NCBI GenBank assembly: GCA_039187085.1
Contig: JBCCZV010000002.1
Location: 14,476 to 78,475, forward strand
Length of the DNA stretch: 64,000 bases
Origin: Pseudomonadota bacterium
GTDB lineage: Bacteria > Pseudomonadota > Gammaproteobacteria > Enterobacterales > JBCCZV01
Direction of reading: 5' to 3'
Translations under genes and position numbers: made by a program
The notes under the pieces: generated by a model
Seen by the model: the letters and a program-made list of their open reading frames with translations, nothing else
Told to the model about the DNA's origin: nothing
Database searches by the model: none
Shown here: piece after piece, positions 43,583 to 52,717 of the stretch
How the letters are laid out: each line of letters begins with the position of its first letter
Numbering within the stretch: the first letter of the stretch is position 1

Positions 43583-43988
43583 AGCTTTCCCCTTACTGTT
43601 AAAGTCACCAAAGATTACTCTTTGCTCTCACTTTCAAAAAATTAACATAGCATTTAAATCCTTTGGGAAAAAACACATACTCCAAAGGTGCTTTCATCAT
43701 TTTGTACAGCAGTCTTCTACTATAACGAGTTAGCAAGATTACGCCAGTTAGCCTAAGGTATTAAACCACTGCCCTCTGTTTGTGCAATGTCATAACATTG
43801 GATAAATGCGCAAAAAGGTCGCCGTATGTTTCTGTAAAGTTTGCTTTAAACGCATTTTTTTATTCAAGCAACATCAGCTTGAATAACGTTAAATCGATGT
43901 ATAGAGTTAGATTTTCCCCGCTTTTTACCGCATTTAAAAAGCACACAACCTTTTTTTACACTCCAACTCAACAAACAGGCAACTTTAC

Positions 43989-44636
43989 ATGCATTTTTTA
44001 CACATCCTAACTAGCTTTCCATCTTTGAAAAAAAATGGGACATTTAATTTCATTTTCATCTTTTTTACAGCACGCAAATATCGTTTTTCCCGCACAGCAA
44101 TATATCGCTATATCGGTATTTTAATACTTCTGATAACTTGCCCATCTTGTGAAACCCCGGGAAGCAAGCCCTTAGTCATCTCTCCATTACCCATCTTAAA
44201 AGCTGAAACAGTCAATAAACCCGGTAAAATGTGGATTGATATAAAAAATACTGCCCAAACTCAAGAATCTGCTATAAAGATTCAAAATCTCGTTCCATCG
44301 TTAAAGCTCCTAGTGGAAGAGGAGTATCGGCACCAGGGTTGGCAATTACTCAGCTCTCCTGGAGAAATCGATGATAACACCGTTAAGCTATCTCTCGACT
44401 TACAGAAATTTCGACTAGATATTGCACCTGAATCCACTCGAGATACGATGCAATTAGAAATCATAACTCAAATGAACATTCAAAAAAATCGATGGGAACG
44501 CCAACAGAAGATTCGTCGTACTGCCACTCAAGAAGTCTTCATCAAAGCGCAAAATGCTCATGTCACCAAATTTGTCGAAGAAATTTTGGCCAAATACGCG
44601 AGTCAGATTGCTGCTACTGACATATCGCCTCAATAA
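43989..44636 (+). CDS. Hypothetical lipoprotein, possibly YajG-like
   Basis: A hydrophobic stretch ILILLITC is followed by PLVISPLPIL..., resembling the YajG pattern (Cys then xIxVSPxxxLP). The start is uncertain: the track ATG gives a 54-aa pre-Cys region and TTG at 44025 is an alternative. The family call is tentative. Confidence 0.45.
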   Translation: MHFLHILTSFPSLKKNGTFNFIFIFFTARKYRFSRTAIYRYIGILILLITCPSCETPGSKPLVISPLPILKAETVNKPGKMWIDIKNTAQTQESAIKIQNLVPSLKLLVEEEYRHQGWQLLSSPGEIDDNTVKLSLDLQKFRLDIAPESTRDTMQLEIITQMNIQKNRWERQQKIRRTATQEVFIKAQNAHVTKFVEEILAKYASQIAATDISPQ

Positions 44637-44844
44637 CGACTGAAACAGTAAATGTGTATCGTTTATCTCGCAGAGTCACTTATGAGGTTTTTCTCCATAA
44701 AAAATGATCGATTATTGTTCCTAAAGCTCGGGAATGTGTGAAGTTTTTGCTATTCTTCGATTAGCTCAGAGAACCGTTAAAGCAATCACAACATCGTGAC
44801 GTTTTAGAACTTATTATGACGTCCGTTGAAACGAGGATATTTTT

Positions 44845-45594
44845 ATGAAAAAACATTTGCTTGCTGTTGCAATAACAACAGCTTTTTTACCCTCCATCGG
44901 TCAAACCGATACTTTTTTGGGAATTTACGCCGGGGCTGGCGTTTGGCAACAAGAATACACAGGCGATATTGAAACATTTGGCACGACGGTTAATGTTGAA
45001 CAAGCTCTTGGGCTCGATGACGAAACAGGAACAGTACTTTGGGCTGCTCTAGAACACCCAATTCCATTTTTGCCAAACATCCGTATTTCGAGCATTGAAC
45101 TCTCAACAACAGGTGAAGGGATCATCCAACAATCATTTACCTTTGATAATCAGGTCTATGACGTCGGCGTTACTACGCTAACGCAATTGGATTTAGACCA
45201 TAATGAAATCACGCTTTATTATGAAATCCTAGACAATTGGGTAAATTTAGACTTAGGGATAACCGTTAAAATTTTTGATGGTGCTTTAGAGATTCAAGGT
45301 GGTGGCGAGAATGGGAATGTTGACCTTGATGAGCCCATTCCAATGCTTTATGGTCGTGCCGCTTTTGAGCTCCCTTTAACCGGATTACGTCTCGATGTAG
45401 AGGGTAGTGTGATTAGCTTCGATGATAATAGTCTCTATGATGTCTCTGCTGAAATTGCCTATGAAACCTTTATCGGTTTGGGTGCAGAGTTGGGATACCG
45501 AGCCATTGAAGCCGATGTTTCGGAGTTTAGTGATGATTTAACCGTCGACACAAGCTTCAGGGGCCCTTACTTCAATGTGTATTATCATTTTTAA
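44845..45594 (+). CDS. Outer-membrane beta-barrel protein (TIGR04219-like)
   Basis: 249 aa with a signal peptide and an alternating amphipathic strand pattern. The C-terminus is ...YFNVYYHF, with the terminal Phe typical of OMPs. Confidence 0.7.
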   Translation: MKKHLLAVAITTAFLPSIGQTDTFLGIYAGAGVWQQEYTGDIETFGTTVNVEQALGLDDETGTVLWAALEHPIPFLPNIRISSIELSTTGEGIIQQSFTFDNQVYDVGVTTLTQLDLDHNEITLYYEILDNWVNLDLGITVKIFDGALEIQGGGENGNVDLDEPIPMLYGRAAFELPLTGLRLDVEGSVISFDDNSLYDVSAEIAYETFIGLGAELGYRAIEADVSEFSDDLTVDTSFRGPYFNVYYHF

Positions 45595-45625
45595 GAGGAT
45601 ATTCCTCTTAAAAAAATCCTTGTGA

Positions 45626-46981
45626 CTAGAGCGAGTCTTGCTTTGGTCCTGAGGATTTTTCATTATACATGATGAACACTGTCAAAATAACGGCTGGTAT
45701 TCCTAACGCGGCGGTGTAAAGGAAAAAATGAAAGTAGCCGATAGCCTCCACCACAATTCCTGAAAATCCACTGACTATTTTTCCTGGCAACGTCATGATA
45801 GATGTAAAAATTGCGTACTGTGTTGCTGAATATGTTTTATTAACGAGACTCGACATGTAAGCGATGAGAGCCGTATTCGCAAAGCCCCCACTAAAGTTAT
45901 CAACGGAAATCACAAATGTCAGTATTTTCGTGTCTTTTTCAACAATCGCTAAACCAGCAAAAACAATATTGGTAATCACCACAGCAACTGCGCCAAATAA
46001 CATAGGACGTAGAATGTGATAACGATAAATAATTAACCCGCCAACGAAAGAACCTAACACTGTCATGGCCACTCCGTAGACTTTCACAATGGTAGCAATT
46101 TCCGCTTTGGTATATCCCATATCTGAATAAAAGGGATTAACCATAATACCCATTGCTAAATCACTTAAACGATAAACAGAAACGAGAACCAAAACGACCA
46201 CAGCCCATACACCGTAGCGTTTTGCAAATTCAGCAAATGGCATCACCACTGCTTGTATGACCGATTTTAAGAACGACAATTGAATACTGGCAGCAGGACC
46301 TTTCCAAGGCGATACTTTTTCATTAATTTGATTTGGAGTCACATCAGATTGTTTATCTTCTGCATGCAGCGGTTCTGATACGAAAAAGGTGGTCACTATG
46401 CCTACAAACATTAATGCCGCCATGATTTGATAAACAGAAGTCCAAGTTAGCAAGGAAGCGAGATACAAGGCACCCGCTCCTGCTACAAACATCGCCAACC
46501 TATAACCAAAGACATAAACTGCCGACATTGCTCCTTGATAATGTTCATCCGCTGACTCAATTCGAAAAGCATCGATAGCGATGTCTTGCGTAGACGATGA
46601 AAAAGCAATAAAAACGGTGCAAGCCGCAAAGAGAAACAAATTATCAAGTGGATTAATAACCGATAAAGAAACCAAACCAATAAGTACGCCCACTTGGCCA
46701 ACGAGCATCCAGTTGCGCCTTTTACCCAGAGCAAAAGGCAACTTCCAACGATCAATGATGGGGGCCCAAATCCATTTAATGGAATAAGTAATGCCCGCCC
46801 ATGCAAAAAGACCTATGGCCGCTTTTTCCACACCAATTTCATTTAGCCACCAACTCAAAGTAGAAAAAATCAATAAAAACGGCAAACCTGCGCCAAAACC
46901 AAAGAAAAACATCATTAATACTTTCGGGTGATGAAAAAGTTTCATCGCATCCCAAAACGATACTTGAGAACTTTCTTGCAT
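45626..46981 (-). CDS. ampG: AmpG-family muropeptide MFS permease
   Basis: 451 aa, polytopic. The N-terminal region FFGFGAGLPFLLIFSTLSWWL and ...KRRNWML... are typical of AmpG. Confidence 0.85.
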   Translation of the reverse strand: MQESSQVSFWDAMKLFHHPKVLMMFFFGFGAGLPFLLIFSTLSWWLNEIGVEKAAIGLFAWAGITYSIKWIWAPIIDRWKLPFALGKRRNWMLVGQVGVLIGLVSLSVINPLDNLFLFAACTVFIAFSSSTQDIAIDAFRIESADEHYQGAMSAVYVFGYRLAMFVAGAGALYLASLLTWTSVYQIMAALMFVGIVTTFFVSEPLHAEDKQSDVTPNQINEKVSPWKGPAASIQLSFLKSVIQAVVMPFAEFAKRYGVWAVVVLVLVSVYRLSDLAMGIMVNPFYSDMGYTKAEIATIVKVYGVAMTVLGSFVGGLIIYRYHILRPMLFGAVAVVITNIVFAGLAIVEKDTKILTFVISVDNFSGGFANTALIAYMSSLVNKTYSATQYAIFTSIMTLPGKIVSGFSGIVVEAIGYFHFFLYTAALGIPAVILTVFIMYNEKSSGPKQDSL

Positions 46982-47089
46982 GCTTTTTAGTTGACCTAAA
47001 GATTCGATTCATCGACAATCAAATATGGAAAGTTTGTGTTTATAGCACGATAAGATAAGAATTGCTTGTTTGAATTTACATCCGCCCAA

Positions 47090-48028
47090 ATGACAGAACC
47101 CAACTCCTTCACGACAGAACCCTGGCATATCTTAGGCGCAGGCTCGATAGGTTTACTGGTTGCAAGTTATTTACACAGCAATGCAGTCGATGTTCGGGTT
47201 TTGAATAGACACAAAATAACCGGTAGTCACAATGTCACTGTAGTGAGCGATGAACAAAAGGGCTCATTGCACATCCCATTCGAACCACTTGAAATCGATG
47301 AACCTATCAAAGGCCTCATTGTCTGCACAAAAAACATTCAAATTCAACACATTATAGCAAAGATAGAACATCGACTGAATGCAGAGTCGAGCGTCATTTT
47401 TCTACAAAACGGTATGGGTCATTTTGAGTTGATTCGCTCTAGATATCCATTTTTAAAAAAAATGTACCTGGGCAGTGTCACTCATGGCGCATTTCGTACT
47501 GAAACCTTCTCTGTCAATCATGCAGGTAAAGGCCATATTTTTATTGGTTCTCCTGATTTATCCGTCAAAAGGGCCCCAGAAGAATTACAAAGTTTACTCA
47601 GAGCACACAATTTATCATGGCAGTGGGATCCTGATATCGAGCAACGTTTATGGAAAAAACTAGTGATTAATGCATGTATTAACCCACTGACTGCTCTACT
47701 AAAATGCAGTAATGGAGAGTTAAAGGATTTAAAAAGCGCCCAAATTATAATGGATAACCTCTGCCGCGAAAGTGAGCAAATACTTTCGTCGATAGGTTTT
47801 AATCTAAAAGCCTCTGAAATTTTAGAGATGACGTTAAATATTGCTGCTCAAACATCAAGTAATCGTTCATCTATGTTGCAAGATTTACTCGCCAGCAAAC
47901 CCACAGAAATTGATGCCATCACAGGCTTTTTAATTAAAAAAGCGAGCGAACACAGAATATCAGTCCCGACCCATGAAACACTATACAACTTAGTCAAAGC
48001 TAGGGAGTCTTTAGCGATAAGAGTCTAG
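47090..48028 (+). CDS. panE: 2-dehydropantoate 2-reductase (PanE/ApbA family)
   Basis: It has the ILGAGSIGLL Rossmann motif plus KLVINACINPLTALL and SSMLQDL...PTEIDAITG motifs. The ATG at 47090 is more likely than the track TTG at 47066. Confidence 0.8.
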   Translation: MTEPNSFTTEPWHILGAGSIGLLVASYLHSNAVDVRVLNRHKITGSHNVTVVSDEQKGSLHIPFEPLEIDEPIKGLIVCTKNIQIQHIIAKIEHRLNAESSVIFLQNGMGHFELIRSRYPFLKKMYLGSVTHGAFRTETFSVNHAGKGHIFIGSPDLSVKRAPEELQSLLRAHNLSWQWDPDIEQRLWKKLVINACINPLTALLKCSNGELKDLKSAQIIMDNLCRESEQILSSIGFNLKASEILEMTLNIAAQTSSNRSSMLQDLLASKPTEIDAITGFLIKKASEHRISVPTHETLYNLVKARESLAIRV

Positions 48029-48207
48029 ATAACAGCCATATAGAACTTTTTCTTGCCTTAAAACCAAACGCATAAGTACAACTTTTATAGAAAAATACAG
48101 AGATTTTCATTAAATTCTTCCAGCAAATATGGCTAATTTGGCTAATATATTGAGATAGCGAGCAATAAATCAGCGTTTTTCAATCTTTAGCAACGGAATG
48201 CAGGCAC

Positions 48208-50010
48208 ATGATTGACCTTCAAAATCAAACATCCTCTAGAATTTTTGTAACGACAGTATGTTTGATTTTAAGCAGTATTTTACTCATTGTTGGATTAAGC
48301 CAATTTGAAAAATCCCGCCGTTTTGCAGAAATCAAAGCCGAGTCTTACCTAAAAATTAACGATTATTTTAAGGGTTTTTCTTCTATGGTGACGGAGATTG
48401 AGGCTCTTAGCTTGGAGCCGCTCAATACTTTTCCACGCGAGCTTCTCACCGCGCAAGATTCTATTCGAGAGCTGTTACCCTACTACGAGAACTTTCGCAT
48501 TTTTCAGCAAGCCATTAAATCGCAGTGGGCATTTTATACGAAAAACTTTTTCCTCAGTGGTGGACTGATTCTAAAAGATGGAGAAACCGTGTTTGAGTCA
48601 GGGTTTATTAATACGGATAACATACCTTCGTTTTCCGTAGCCCATACATCCAACATTGCACCAGATACGCATTGGACATTTCATGGAAATAACCAAACAC
48701 TTTATTATGTTTATTCGACCACTACACTGAACAACAGTGTTGTGCAATATATCACAGGAATAGATACTTCACTGTTAGCCAATCATATTCAAGACGCTCT
48801 GGAAGTTGAGCAAGCCATCCAATTATATTTTCAACCGCTTATCGACCAGCGAGCCAGTGCCGCATCGTATATTCCTATAGAAAGTCGCGCGACTGAAAAT
48901 TTAACGCTTGATATTTCTGTGGGCATGGGGCATTTTTCTCCTTTAGTTTGGCTTTCTTTCGCTCTCGCGTTAGTCGTATCTGCTACGATTTTATCGATTT
49001 GGACTTTTTGGGTATTTATTCACAGGCAAAAAAAGCTGACTCAATATTTTGATGATATGCAACACAATAAAAAACATGATATTCGCCCATCGGTATTTAA
49101 TGATGAGCCCGTGAATCAACTGATTGAACAAATCGATGCAATTAACAAATCAGCGGCAAAGTTAAGCGATAAAGATTTAATCAATGACCCAAGAGTACTA
49201 AAAAAAATCCAATCATTACTTTCTGAACGTGAATCAACTATAAAAACACCCTCATTAAAGTCTGAATTTTTATCACGTATGGGCGATGAAATAACCGCAC
49301 CGATGGAAACTATTGCTGCCATGTTAGCTGTATTGGACGAGCATGAGTTACAAAAAGAGCACAAACAATTGCTTGCCGTGGTTTCACGCTCTTGGCGCAT
49401 ATTGCAATTAAATTTAACCAACATTTTGGATTCATCAAAATTGGATGCCAACATGTTGTTACTATCACCCACCAAATTTAATGCTCGGCTTGTTGTGCAA
49501 GATATCTCACAGCGTTATATGAAAATAGCGCAGCAAAAGTCCTTACAATTTGACTGGCAAGTTGATGGCAGCGTACCCAGCACAGCTTTCAATGATGAAA
49601 CCCGTTTGCGTCAAGTACTGCAAAACTTACTAGACAACGCGTTTAAATTTACCAAAAGGGGAAAAGTCCATTTACAAGTTGAATATGTACGCAATGCGCA
49701 AAAAGATTGGCTTAAATTCATTGTCGCTGATACAGGTGTTGGTATACCTAAAGAAGCCCAGTTAGATTTATTTGATTCTCTGGAGCAAGAGACCAAATTG
49801 ACAGGAAGTAGCTTTTCGGGACGATTGCGATTAATCGTTGCTAAACAACTCGTTGAATTAATGGGCGGAAAAATTGGTGTTTCCAGCGAGCCAGGAAAAG
49901 GGAGTCGTTTTGGATTTACTATTGATAAACATTTAGGCCTCAGTACCCGTGAGTCCAGTCCCATTGAAAACAACAGTGATCAGCAATTGGTAAACCCAGC
50001 CAACAGCTAA
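48208..50010 (+). CDS. Orphan membrane sensor histidine-kinase homolog with degenerate H-box and G2 box (probable pseudokinase)
   Basis: 600 aa with two TM segments flanking a periplasmic domain of about 210 aa. The DHp region KSEFLSRMGDEITAPM aligns to the canonical KSxFLAxMSHEIRTPx with Asp in place of His. The N-box LLDNAFKFT and G1 DTGVGI are intact. The G2 box reads SGRLRL instead of GxGLGL. Confidence 0.85.
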   Translation: MIDLQNQTSSRIFVTTVCLILSSILLIVGLSQFEKSRRFAEIKAESYLKINDYFKGFSSMVTEIEALSLEPLNTFPRELLTAQDSIRELLPYYENFRIFQQAIKSQWAFYTKNFFLSGGLILKDGETVFESGFINTDNIPSFSVAHTSNIAPDTHWTFHGNNQTLYYVYSTTTLNNSVVQYITGIDTSLLANHIQDALEVEQAIQLYFQPLIDQRASAASYIPIESRATENLTLDISVGMGHFSPLVWLSFALALVVSATILSIWTFWVFIHRQKKLTQYFDDMQHNKKHDIRPSVFNDEPVNQLIEQIDAINKSAAKLSDKDLINDPRVLKKIQSLLSERESTIKTPSLKSEFLSRMGDEITAPMETIAAMLAVLDEHELQKEHKQLLAVVSRSWRILQLNLTNILDSSKLDANMLLLSPTKFNARLVVQDISQRYMKIAQQKSLQFDWQVDGSVPSTAFNDETRLRQVLQNLLDNAFKFTKRGKVHLQVEYVRNAQKDWLKFIVADTGVGIPKEAQLDLFDSLEQETKLTGSSFSGRLRLIVAKQLVELMGGKIGVSSEPGKGSRFGFTIDKHLGLSTRESSPIENNSDQQLVNPANS

Positions 50011-50183
50011 TGTTACTGAACTTAAAAGCCATCATTATCTTTATGAATTCAAACTGATCCTTCTCATGCTGAGACGCGTTTACACCAATGGGTCTTAGTG
50101 TCAAACTAAAAGACTAGCATATTTTGTTAAGATACATATTTTCAATAATCGCAATCGAAGGTTGATGAAACTAAGGACTCCCT

Positions 50184-50582
50184 ATGAATGATTCTATAAA
50201 GAAAACACCTAATAAAGAAGACCTTAGCCACTTAAATACTATTCAATATCAGGTCACTCAACAAAAAGGAACAGAACCTCCTTACTCTGGTGAGTTTTAC
50301 GCGCATTTCGAGGAAGGAGCTTATCACTGCATTTGTTGTAATCAACGGTTGTTTCGTTCATCACAAAAATTTGATGCCGGTTGTGGGTGGCCGAGCTTTT
50401 GGGGCTCTGAAAAAAACACGATTAAAACTGCAATAGATATGACTCATGGAATGGTAAGAACAGAGATCATGTGCGCTAACTGCGACGCTCATTTGGGACA
50501 TGTCTTTGATGATGGACCACAACCCACGGGACAACGCTTTTGTGTAAACTCCGCTTCACTTGCCTTCGAAGCCAAAAAGTAA
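50184..50582 (+). CDS. msrB: Peptide-methionine (R)-S-oxide reductase
   Basis: 132 aa with two CxxC zinc motifs (CICC, CANC). The catalytic context RFCVNS is present. Confidence 0.95.
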   Translation: MNDSIKKTPNKEDLSHLNTIQYQVTQQKGTEPPYSGEFYAHFEEGAYHCICCNQRLFRSSQKFDAGCGWPSFWGSEKNTIKTAIDMTHGMVRTEIMCANCDAHLGHVFDDGPQPTGQRFCVNSASLAFEAKK

Positions 50583-50966
50583 TCACGGCGATGGTATCCA
50601 ACGCTTTTTAAGCAATGGTAAGCTTTTGAACAAAGGTAGGGATAAAATGTAGATAAGCATCCCAATGAAATCAGCAGCAATATCATACAAAGAAAACTGT
50701 CGATAAGGGAAATAGCTTTGAACAATTTCGATACCAATAGCGAAAAAAATGATAGGAAACCACTTCTGCCATATAATTCCAAAATGTGGGAATGAAAAAT
50801 CGATCAAGAACATCAACGTGAAAAAGGCAATGGCATGATTAACTTTATCGTTGAAAGCGCCAGAAACGGGATTGGCATTTGGGGTAAAGGCTAAATAAAT
50901 GATGGCTGTGACACTCAACAAAAATGTAAATCGAAACAGCCACACGGTTGATTGACTTAAACGCAT
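50583..50966 (-). CDS. VanZ-family membrane protein
   Basis: 127 aa with 4 hydrophobic helices. ...DKVNHAIAFF... is typical of VanZ-like proteins. Confidence 0.7.
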   Translation of the reverse strand: MRLSQSTVWLFRFTFLLSVTAIIYLAFTPNANPVSGAFNDKVNHAIAFFTLMFLIDFSFPHFGIIWQKWFPIIFFAIGIEIVQSYFPYRQFSLYDIAADFIGMLIYILSLPLFKSLPLLKKRWIPSP

Positions 50967-51002
50967 GATAGTAAAAAGCTTTCCAACTATAACTTTATGG
51001 TA

Positions 51003-51899
51003 TTAAACAGCATCTCTGAAAGCTTCATCAATACTGGTATATTTGAATTCAAGCTTGGCTTCATCCAATAATCTTGAAGGGATAACTTTTTGTCCCTCCA
51101 ACAACAGGTTTGACATTTCACCAAGAAAAAGCTTCATTGTAAAGGAAGGCACCGGCAATATTGCTTTTCGTTTGAGAACTCTGGCTAATGATTGTGTCAT
51201 ATCACGGTTTGTCACCGGGTTGGGTGCTGTCAAATTATAAATACCCTTAAAATCATCTCGTTGTACAGCCTGAGCAACAAAGTGAATGATGTCCGAGATA
51301 TGCACCCAAGACACCCATTGGTTTCCACCCCCCATAACTCCGCCTAAATTCAACCGAAATAGCGGTAATAATTTGTTCATAAAGCCACTGTTCTTACCCA
51401 CAACCACACCTAATCGCGGTATAACGACACGCACGCCCTGTTCCTGAAATGACAGTGCGGCTTCCTCCCACGCGGCACAAAGCTCATGGGTAAACTCGAG
51501 ATGCGGTTTCGTGTCTTCAGTGACCCTATTGTCCTTTTGATTTCCATAAAACCCAATTGCCGAAGCACTGATGAGTAACTCGGGAAAACTCCCAAACGCT
51601 TTGAAATGCTCAAAGAGCTGCTGCGTTAAAGTGACTCGACTTTTTCTCAAAACATCTTTACGCGCTTGTGTCCAGCGCTTATCAGCGATCGGGGCACCAG
51701 AGAAATTGAGCACTATATCGATTTTGGTCTCGCCTAGTTCAGTGAAGTCAGCAATGAGTTTGACTTCGCCATTCTTCCAAATTTTTCGTGCATTATCTAC
51801 CGAACGAGTATAAACCCATATTGTCTGGTTCGGGGACCGTAATGCTTGAATCAGATGTTGACCGATATACCCTGTTCCACCTAAAACTAACCAGTTCAT
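51003..51899 (-). CDS. TIGR01777-family epimerase-like protein (SDR fold plus DUF1731, YfcH-like)
   Basis: It has the MNWLVLGGTGYIG Rossmann motif. Length and the C-terminal ...IPSRLLDEAKLEFKYTSIDEAF fit the DUF1731 pattern. Confidence 0.8.
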   Translation of the reverse strand: MNWLVLGGTGYIGQHLIQALRSPNQTIWVYTRSVDNARKIWKNGEVKLIADFTELGETKIDIVLNFSGAPIADKRWTQARKDVLRKSRVTLTQQLFEHFKAFGSFPELLISASAIGFYGNQKDNRVTEDTKPHLEFTHELCAAWEEAALSFQEQGVRVVIPRLGVVVGKNSGFMNKLLPLFRLNLGGVMGGGNQWVSWVHISDIIHFVAQAVQRDDFKGIYNLTAPNPVTNRDMTQSLARVLKRKAILPVPSFTMKLFLGEMSNLLLEGQKVIPSRLLDEAKLEFKYTSIDEAFRDAV

Positions 51900-52061
51900 T
51901 ATCTACCTCACCTTGAAACTTGACTTCGGATGACAGTGAAATCATCATTAGTGCCCATGCCATCATATCATTGTCGATAGCAGTTATACCGTGGCCGTTT
52001 GCGAAACGCTAGGCCCGTCATCTTATTCTCACAGCACGTTATACAACCAAGAGTCATTAGT

Positions 52062-52637
52062 ATGCAACCATTGATCGATCATCAAGAACTCACCCAACTT
52101 CAAAACTTGCTCTATGAACGCGCTCAAGACCAAGACACTATGGACTATTACGAAGCTTATGGATATATCACTCACCATATTTTGTGTCCGGGTCATCTCG
52201 AAGAAGAGTTTATTGCTGAATGTATACTGTTTAACCCTAGTGATGAGGAAGAACAAGACGATGATGAAACTGTCTACAATGACAACGAAAAACTTTTATT
52301 AATACTGCTAAAAAAACTGATTCGCTCCATCGAAAAACAACTTTATCTCGACAATCAGTACGAATTACCTTGTGATGCCACTTTACAACCCTCTCCTGAA
52401 AATGCGCCACTGAGAGGCTGGGCTATAGGATTTATGGATGGCTACTTCGAATTTGAAGCTTCCTGGTTGAACCTCGACGAAGAAATGATGTCTCTTATTT
52501 TGCCTATTGCAATTGCCGCTGGCGAAAGTATCGAACTTCCAGATGAGCACCCGTTAAATGATAAAGACCAGCTGGAAGAGGCTTTGGCTCTCATTTCTGA
52601 TAATGTTTTAGATCTTTACGTTGCTATAAAGCAGTAG
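52062..52637 (+). CDS. UPF0149 (YgfB/YecA N-domain-like) family protein
   Basis: It has an acidic mid-region and a ...LRGWAIGFMDGY... motif typical of UPF0149. The ATG at 52062 is preferred over the track TTG at 51999. Confidence 0.6.
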   Translation: MQPLIDHQELTQLQNLLYERAQDQDTMDYYEAYGYITHHILCPGHLEEEFIAECILFNPSDEEEQDDDETVYNDNEKLLLILLKKLIRSIEKQLYLDNQYELPCDATLQPSPENAPLRGWAIGFMDGYFEFEASWLNLDEEMMSLILPIAIAAGESIELPDEHPLNDKDQLEEALALISDNVLDLYVAIKQ

Positions 52638-52717
52638 AATTTGTCATCATACATGTCCATTTTTGGCTAACCGGTTGCTTTGTTTGCAACTCCTCAATAC
52701 AACTGAAAGGAAAAAAT

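Noticed and set aside
45588-45615. Hairpin TTTTTAAGAGGA-TAT-TCCTCTTAAAAA between the OMP gene and ampG as a bidirectional terminator
   Set aside because: The T-run precedes and the A-run follows the stem on both strands, the reverse of what an intrinsic terminator needs. It may just be an extended AT-rich stem and is not reported as a terminator.
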